A stretch of DNA of 64,000 bases from an uncultured Candidatus Saccharibacteria bacterium (GTDB taxonomy: Bacteria; Patescibacteriota; Minisyncoccia; Phycocordibacterales; UBA918): assembly GCA_964570795.1 (NCBI GenBank), contig CAZMYZ010000001.1, positions 42,722 through 106,721 of the forward strand, given 5' to 3'. The stretch's first letter is position 1; each line of letters opens with the position of its first letter. The notes under the pieces are model-generated. The model saw only the letters and a program-made list of their open reading frames with translations. It ran no database searches and was not told where the DNA came from. Of the stretch, positions 58,128 to 64,000 are shown piece by piece. Position numbers and translations under genes: made by a program.

Positions 58128-58493
58128 TTGAATCTTGAAAAGCAAAGACAGATTGCGTTAGCAATTATGAACGACGAGTTTGTACAGCACGGACGCAAGC
58201 CAGAGCATTTGCTCAAGGTGCTCGAACTTGCTTGGAAAGCAGGTATTCCGCACTCGGTCGCCGTTGATTTCGTAGAATCGTCGTGCAAACGCGACGATGT
58301 TGCGTTAGCAATCGTTCAGCAAATGTTTATCGAACGGAGCCTTGGGCCCAATCTCATGCAGAGAATCATTGATTCTGCTGAAAGGGCGGGCTTTTCGTAT
58401 CAAGATGCTCGTGACTTTTCGGAGGTGATTATCACCACTAAACTCGCAGAAACACTCGCTGCTGCATCGCCGGTCATCGAAACCTGCAATTAA
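58128..58493 (+). CDS. Hypothetical protein with internal duplication
   Basis: AGGAG SD, TTG start; two ALAI...AG..DF units. Confidence 0.55.
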   Translation: MNLEKQRQIALAIMNDEFVQHGRKPEHLLKVLELAWKAGIPHSVAVDFVESSCKRDDVALAIVQQMFIERSLGPNLMQRIIDSAERAGFSYQDARDFSEVIITTKLAETLAAASPVIETCN

Positions 58494-58648
58494 AACCAGC
58501 ATCACCGAGTGATGAAAAAACGGCTGTAACAAGCCGTTTTATTATATTTTTACATCAAAATACTTGCATTATTATAAATATGTGCTATAATTTTATTAGT
58601 TAGTCAGATTTCTGACTATTCCCCCAAGTACATCACAGGAGATAAAAA

Positions 58649-58930
58649 ATGTACGCTGCAATTCCTGGAAAGACCAACATGCTTGCTGCCCGTATCGAAA
58701 TTGTTGTTGCACCGGTTGCCAAACCTGTGCAAAGGCCGGTTGTGCTTGCATCAATGCCTGTCCAGAAACTGGTTCGCGGCAATTTGCAGGCATCCAGCAA
58801 GGCTGGTCATGCTGAGTTCAGCCGCAAAGACTGTATCGGCAACTTCCGCAACTACGGCAAAGAACAGCGCGACCGTAAACATTCCAATCTCGGCCGCCGT
58901 GGACGTCGCGCCGTCATCATTTTCCACTGA
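58649..58930 (+). CDS. Hypothetical basic protein
   Basis: TTGCAT/TATAAT promoter, AGGAG SD, downstream terminator. Confidence 0.5.
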   Translation: MYAAIPGKTNMLAARIEIVVAPVAKPVQRPVVLASMPVQKLVRGNLQASSKAGHAEFSRKDCIGNFRNYGKEQRDRKHSNLGRRGRRAVIIFH

Positions 58931-59117
58931 GCAATCAGCGGAAACCCCAAGAGCCCTCGTAAGTATCACGAGGGCTTTTTTATTGGGTGAAAAGTGAGAA
59001 TGCGTGAGATGTGTCTGGCGCGGCCTTTGTCCGCGCCAGGTGCACCTCAAGTGATTGACATTTTATCCTTCTCACGTACGCTACAAAAAGATACAGTTCT
59101 ATAGGAGGTAATTCATA

Positions 59118-59603
59118 ATGTGTGTAAAAACATCTGCCTACATGCAGGCATTATTTGCAAGTACTGGAGCCGATGCACTCCCACCACCCGTATGGGGAAG
59201 TCGAGAACACCTCGACACACTCTGGGAAAATAGAGGTGATGAAATCATCTCTGTGCAGGGTACTGCAGGTCAGGCAATTGCAACACTCGACGAATGCAAA
59301 AAAACATTTAGCAAAAGGCCGTTGGTGCGAAGTTCTCGTGCAGAAAAGCCTTTTTGCTGCGCACTTGATTGGCTTCATGATGGATTCATGCTTCTGCATC
59401 CTGGGTATGACTTCAGTACTACAACGAGTGGAGTATTTGAGAAGTATGTTATTGAAGTGGCGATACTTTCGGGTATGCAAAAGGAGGTTATTGAGTCATA
59501 TGATCAAAAATTAACTGTCCTGCGCTACCGCGGCGCACTCGTATCGGCATTTATATCAATAAAAGTACATCTTGATTCACGTGAACGCGTTTCACTTCTG
59601 TAA
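59118..59603 (+). CDS. Hypothetical protein
   Basis: TTGACA upstream, AGGAGG SD. Confidence 0.55.
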   Translation: MCVKTSAYMQALFASTGADALPPPVWGSREHLDTLWENRGDEIISVQGTAGQAIATLDECKKTFSKRPLVRSSRAEKPFCCALDWLHDGFMLLHPGYDFSTTTSGVFEKYVIEVAILSGMQKEVIESYDQKLTVLRYRGALVSAFISIKVHLDSRERVSLL

Positions 59604-59669
59604 GTTGCGACTCGTGCGTAACACACAAAAACCGCTCTCAGCAATGAGGCGGTTTTATTTTGTGTATGT

Positions 59670-60203
59670 CTACATTAGAGCCGTAAGTGCACGGAGTGTA
59701 TTCACATTACGGGTAGTCATGTGTTTGTATAGGGGTGTCCCCACAAATTTTTGCATACCACTCTTGCTATAGTCGCTCCGTACCACATGCCATACAATGG
59801 CTCCACCTATGTAGAGAAGTGTGTCTACGTCTGGATTGGTCTTTATTAAATCAAGACTCTTTTTAGAATCAAAATCTTCCCAGAGGAAAAGCACGTCTGT
59901 TTTCTCCCCTGTGCCATTTGTCCATTCTGGAGGGACCGCGGAGCAAATCTTTTTAATATCTACGCTCGTGCGTACCACTAAGTCTATTGAAAATCCAAAT
60001 GTGTTTGCAAGGTGTCCTGCAATGGTGGATGTGAGGATTGCAATATCAGTAGTGTTGGAATCAAAAATTACATTCCCCGAATTGATATATGTGGAGACAT
60101 TTTTATATCCCAAAGCCTCAAAGCATTGACGCAACTTCGCCATCTCCACCTTTTTATTTCCCCCCACATTTATTCCTCGTAGAAGCGCAACGTATGTTTG
60201 CAT
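59670..60203 (-). CDS. DUF1697 domain protein
   Basis: YVALLRGINVGG, TYINSGNVIF, TTRN. Confidence 0.88.
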   Translation of the reverse strand: MQTYVALLRGINVGGNKKVEMAKLRQCFEALGYKNVSTYINSGNVIFDSNTTDIAILTSTIAGHLANTFGFSIDLVVRTSVDIKKICSAVPPEWTNGTGEKTDVLFLWEDFDSKKSLDLIKTNPDVDTLLYIGGAIVWHVVRSDYSKSGMQKFVGTPLYKHMTTRNVNTLRALTALM

Positions 60204-60332
60204 AGGAATATGGTAGCACAGGGAAGACGCGCATGCGGGTAAAGACTTGCGAAGTGTCTAAAAGTGTGCTCTTATATAAATGCATAGTCAATTCAGATTA
60301 TGCGTACCCTCCACGTTTATGAGAGAACGAAG

Positions 60333-60680
60333 ATGACTGCTCATTTGAACTGTGACCATCGTATTGCTGGTACCGTAAAGTTCGACGCTTCGGTGCCGAT
60401 AGAAAAACTCGTTGATTTTATCATCGAGATGAAGTCCAAAACCCCCGAACGTTGGGTCGACCTCCACATTCGCGGTGCGGGTAATGATGGGATACATTAT
60501 ATCGCGTTCCATTACATCCTCCCTGATGGTGAGATGAAGACTCACAAGAAAGTGGTGAATAGCCTTCTTCAGTACTTGCGCAACAAACTCGGCACTCGCC
60601 CCAAACAAGGTAAGAAAGCCGATCTTGTTCCTCAGGGAGTGATGGGGTGGAGCATCTCCACTGTGAAGGTCATGATTTGA
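60333..60680 (+). CDS. Hypothetical protein
   Basis: 115 aa followed by terminator hairpin ccccgacag...ctgtcgggg. Confidence 0.55.
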   Translation: MTAHLNCDHRIAGTVKFDASVPIEKLVDFIIEMKSKTPERWVDLHIRGAGNDGIHYIAFHYILPDGEMKTHKKVVNSLLQYLRNKLGTRPKQGKKADLVPQGVMGWSISTVKVMI

Positions 60681-60838
60681 CCAGATGAAGGTACCCCGAC
60701 AGACGCAAAACTGTCGGGGTTTTACTATGTCTAGTTTTGAACTTTCTTTATGACAAATGAATAAATGGGGACAAATTTCCCAATAATACAATAATAGGTG
60801 CCAGGCACCAACATTGTGGAATTTATGTGTTGTAATTT

Positions 60839-61172
60839 GTGGTCACGAGTTACTAACAATAATGAGTCGCTCCGCTCTCATTCTGGTAAGTACTCTCGAC
60901 CCCGCCTCGACTGTTGCAAAACAACATGTCTTCGTCTGTCATGATGGCATGCAAGCAAAGCAGGATGCTCTGTGGTCACAAGTTGCTAAGTAGAACTTGT
61001 ACTTTGTACAAATTCATACTAAGCACTTTTCGACCTCGGCTCGCGGTTCGTCGCCCTGTGAAGGGGCGACTCACAACGCTCCGCCCTCACAGCAGACCCG
61101 CAAGCAAAATTGTTTGCTTGCTAATACAAAAAACACCATGTTGTAACATGGTGTTTTTTGTATTGTCTGCTG
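60839..61172 (-). repeat. tRNA-Glu 3' trailer element, two tandem scaffold units
   Basis: gtggtcac..ctaa-[hairpin]-taag..tcgacc.cg.ctcg at 60839-60909 and 60972-61043; same scaffold at 54135-54205. Confidence 0.85.
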
Positions 61173-61244
61173 TGACCCCACGGAGAATCGAACTCCGATT
61201 TCCAGGATGAAAACCTGATGTCCTAACCGTTAGACGATGGGGCC
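61173..61244 (-). tRNA. tRNA-Glu(TTC)
   Basis: Cloverleaf; anticodon arm tcagg-tt-TTC-at-cctgg. Confidence 0.95.
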
Positions 61245-61462
61245 GGACGAAATTCTTTAATTTTGTCCGGCCCCATCGTCGATGACGAGGGGTGAGAAAG
61301 TCTGGGAGACTTTCGCAAGACCTTGCCTGATATTTTTTGAGGCAAAAAGCCGAAGAAAAATATCGACAAGGTGTACAGTCCCTGTAAGGGACAATATACT
61401 CCGAACCTCGCTATACTACCGAAAAATCAAAAAAAATGCTAGTTTTATAATTCATACACTCT

Positions 61463-61549
61463 GGAAGAGTGGCTGAGAGGTTGAAGGCACATGTCTCGAA
61501 AACATGCATGGGGGAAACCCCATCGGGGGTTCAAATCCCCCCTCTTCCG
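61463..61549 (+). tRNA. tRNA-Ser(CGA)
   Basis: Cloverleaf with long variable arm; anticodon arm catgt-ct-CGA-aa-acatg. Confidence 0.95.
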
Positions 61550-61840
61550 CTCGTAGAAAATACCGCCATTACGGCGGTTATTTTCTTGAGCGGAAGAGGA
61601 ACAAAGCACCTGCGTGCTTTGTGTGGGGATTTGAAAATGCAAAGTATATTTTCTGCTTTCATAATGCAGAAAATACTTTGCATCGGGCAGGTAATTCTTA
61701 TGAGCGTCAGCGTGAGAAGTGACTTGATGTCACTTCGCAAGACTCATTGAGGACTTTTGTGAATGAAATGAAACAAAAGACCCAATGAGTGGACAGTTCC
61801 TGTAAGGAATTAGAATTGGACGCCGAATCCACCCCCCCAA
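61550..61840 (+). repeat. tRNA-Ser(CGA) 3' trailer element
   Basis: Hairpin, antisense gagcggaagagg[hairpin]ggggatttgaa, valS-type module, decayed sense copy gccgaatccaccccccc. Confidence 0.85.
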
Positions 61841-61903
61841 TAAATAATTTATCAAAAACGCATATTCTCAAATCCCCCTATCACCCCATGCTATGATATA
61901 CGC

Positions 61904-62662
61904 ATGTTACGGAGTACTCGATTGAAAAGGGCAGAGGCACATATTAAGTCTGCGCATAAGCGCTCGCCGCTCTCCTCGTATCTCAAGGAGGTTATCTATG
62001 GTGCTGTTGATGGTATTATCACCACGTTTGCGGTTGTGGCGGGCTTTTCTGGTGCTGCACTTTCAAACGACACCACCACGCAACTTTCTTTTATGATGGT
62101 GCTTCTCTTCGGGCTCGCCAATCTCTTTGGGGATGGTGTTTCTATGGGTTTGGGAAATTTCCTCGCTGTACGCTCGGAGCAGGGACTTTATAAAAATCTT
62201 TGGAAGCGCGAGCAGAGTGAGTCGGTAGAAAACGGAAGTGTAGAAGCGAGAGAAACAAAACTCGCACTCATTGGAAAAGGTTTTTCCGAAGAAGATGCAC
62301 ATGCACTCACTGAAATATTTCGCAAAAACGAAGCATACTGGGTGGACTTTATTGTGAGTAATGAACTTAAGGTGGCAAACCCGATGGAGGAGAGTCCTGT
62401 GTATACGGGTGTTGCTACTTTCACTGCATTTATTTCATTTGGTATGGTGCCACTCGTGCCTTTTATGGTTATGGGCTCTATCGATCCCCATACGGTGTTT
62501 CAATTTTCTGCACTCGGTGCACTTCTTGCACTTATTATTTTAGGAATTGTGAAGTGGAGAGTGGTAGGTACACATCCTGTGTATTCAGTACTTGAGGTAG
62601 TGCTTGTGGGGAGTATGGCTGCATCAGTAGCATTTCTCATCGGTACATTTTTCAGTCTCTAG
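61904..62662 (+). CDS. VIT1/CCC1 family transporter
   Basis: YGAVDGIITTFAVVAG, GLANLFGDGVSMGLG. Confidence 0.9.
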   Translation: MLRSTRLKRAEAHIKSAHKRSPLSSYLKEVIYGAVDGIITTFAVVAGFSGAALSNDTTTQLSFMMVLLFGLANLFGDGVSMGLGNFLAVRSEQGLYKNLWKREQSESVENGSVEARETKLALIGKGFSEEDAHALTEIFRKNEAYWVDFIVSNELKVANPMEESPVYTGVATFTAFISFGMVPLVPFMVMGSIDPHTVFQFSALGALLALIILGIVKWRVVGTHPVYSVLEVVLVGSMAASVAFLIGTFFSL

Positions 62663-62970
62663 ATAACTGCGTTGCACACAGGGTTGTGCATACACCTATA
62701 CACGCAGTTATCCACGTGGATATGCACAGAATGGCTTATATAAAGGCCGCTTTGCGGACTCAATTTTGATATTGACGGAGAGGAGTGAAAGAGAGACACT
62801 AGAAAGGTCTTTTGGATGTGGTGTTTTTCTTCACATATTTAGTGCTCGTCATAGAGTACGCGAAGGTCCAAGAGATAATGCTCTACGTTGTATTAAGAAA
62901 AACCACAGAAGCCGTTCTGTGGTTTTTCTATATCCTAAGTTATCCAATACAAGGCCGGACCTTGTATACA

Positions 62971-63597
62971 CTATGCAGGGAGTTGCACGATGTATCCAAT
63001 CCATTGAGCCTTATAGGGTCCTGCGGCGTGTTTAAACTTTTTTAGTATCTTCCAGCCACGATTTTTCATATACGCAATTTGTTCCTTTTCAGAAAGAAGG
63101 GTGAAGTGTCGAGGGTCATTCTGTGGGGTAATGGAGGGCGGTCTTTGTTCAGGAAGCACAAGGTATCCGTGTGCACCAGGTTTGGTGATTTTCTCAATGT
63201 TGCCACATGCTGTATCCCATTCAGAAAAGGGAAGGTGCATGATAATGGAACGTGCAAGAAATGCATCAAATTTTTTCTTGGGTAATGTGCTGTAGTCTGC
63301 AATATTTCCTTCGGTGAAGGAAAGTTGTGGGTATCGCTGCATCGCTATTTTGATAAATTTCTTCGCAATGTCGATACCATGGTATTTGAGACCTCTTCCT
63401 ATACCAAGAAAGAGCGGCACTAGGGTACCCGAAGCACATCCGATATCGATGACAGACGCTTTTGGTGGTAGGTACTGCATCAGTACACGAAATTCCTTTT
63501 CATCATGAAAAGAATCAGCATGTGTGCGTGCCCAAATGTCCGCATGCTTCTCGTAATATGCTCTCGTGTCGCGTACTTCCTTAGCGAGTTTTGACAT
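62971..63597 (-). CDS. Class I SAM-dependent methyltransferase
   Basis: VIDIGCASG, GIDIA, FDAFLARSIIMHL. Confidence 0.85.
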   Translation of the reverse strand: MSKLAKEVRDTRAYYEKHADIWARTHADSFHDEKEFRVLMQYLPPKASVIDIGCASGTLVPLFLGIGRGLKYHGIDIAKKFIKIAMQRYPQLSFTEGNIADYSTLPKKKFDAFLARSIIMHLPFSEWDTACGNIEKITKPGAHGYLVLPEQRPPSITPQNDPRHFTLLSEKEQIAYMKNRGWKILKKFKHAAGPYKAQWIGYIVQLPA

Positions 63598-64000
63598 AGA
63601 CGTAGATGTCTTCGAGTGCCTTTACGGCATCGCCTGCAGAGATGTTGTTTTGATGATAGCGAACGTTGGTGCAGTCACCAGCAGCCCAGATACCTTCTAC
63701 GCTCGTGCGCTGTGTCCATGGGTCGATAGTCACGCGATTGTATTCGTCGAGCGCAACGATGTCTTTTGCAAAGTCGGTGTTGGGGAGCATGCCGATTTCC
63801 ACAAAGATACCCCCTACGGTGAGGGTATGTGATTCGCCTTGTGCATCCTTGTATGTGAGTCCGTTCACAAATCCGTCACCAAGAATTTGTGTAGTTTCTG
63901 CACTCAAGATACCAGTCATATGGGGATGTGCGAGCACCTTTTCTACCGTGACGGGGTCTGCTTTATACATATCGGCACTGTTGAGAAGAGTGACGCTTTT
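63581..64000 (-). CDS. Thioredoxin reductase / AhpF-like FAD oxidoreductase (3' part, runs off the window)
   Basis: GIFVEIG..PNT, TSVEGIWAAGDCT, QNNISAGDA. Confidence 0.85.
   Translation of the reverse strand, partial: KSVTLLNSADMYKADPVTVEKVLAHPHMTGILSAETTQILGDGFVNGLTYKDAQGESHTLTVGGIFVEIGMLPNTDFAKDIVALDEYNRVTIDPWTQRTSVEGIWAAGDCTNVRYHQNNISAGDAVKALEDIYVYVKTR

Noticed and set aside
62660-62950. Replication origin (DnaA-box-like ttatccac, tatgcaca)
   Set aside because: Only one or two imperfect boxes, no dnaA/dnaN nearby and no clear unwinding element.

Overview
Bacterial chromosome segment using genetic code 11. Gene content and style suggest a Patescibacteria/CPR (Parcubacteria-like) genome; this is an inference. 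It carries housekeeping genes (rnj, secG, groES/groEL, lemA, htpX, prmC, murJ, lepA, valS, tsaD, nth, mutY, partial trxB-like), RNase P RNA and six tRNAs (Ser-GGA, Arg-CCT, Phe-GAA, Val-GAC, Glu-TTC, Ser-CGA). Accessory content includes an NAD salvage island (NAMPT, NMNAT-Nudix, NrtR, PnuC, NadR) with four visible NrtR operators, a divergent ATP-grasp pair, a GH1/EamA/GH operon and many small ORFans. The most striking unexplained signal is non-coding. Five of the six tRNAs are wrapped in modular nested-palindrome elements built from sense and antisense copies of the tRNA's own ends plus a shared kit of hairpin modules. These modules show covariation, strand-specific GA/GA mismatches and precise hairpin-in-hairpin insertions. 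The window also has a REP-associated tyrosine (HUH/Y1) transposase between inverted hairpins and a duplicated 3' end of an ArsR gene, which is a candidate for the enzyme that builds these elements.
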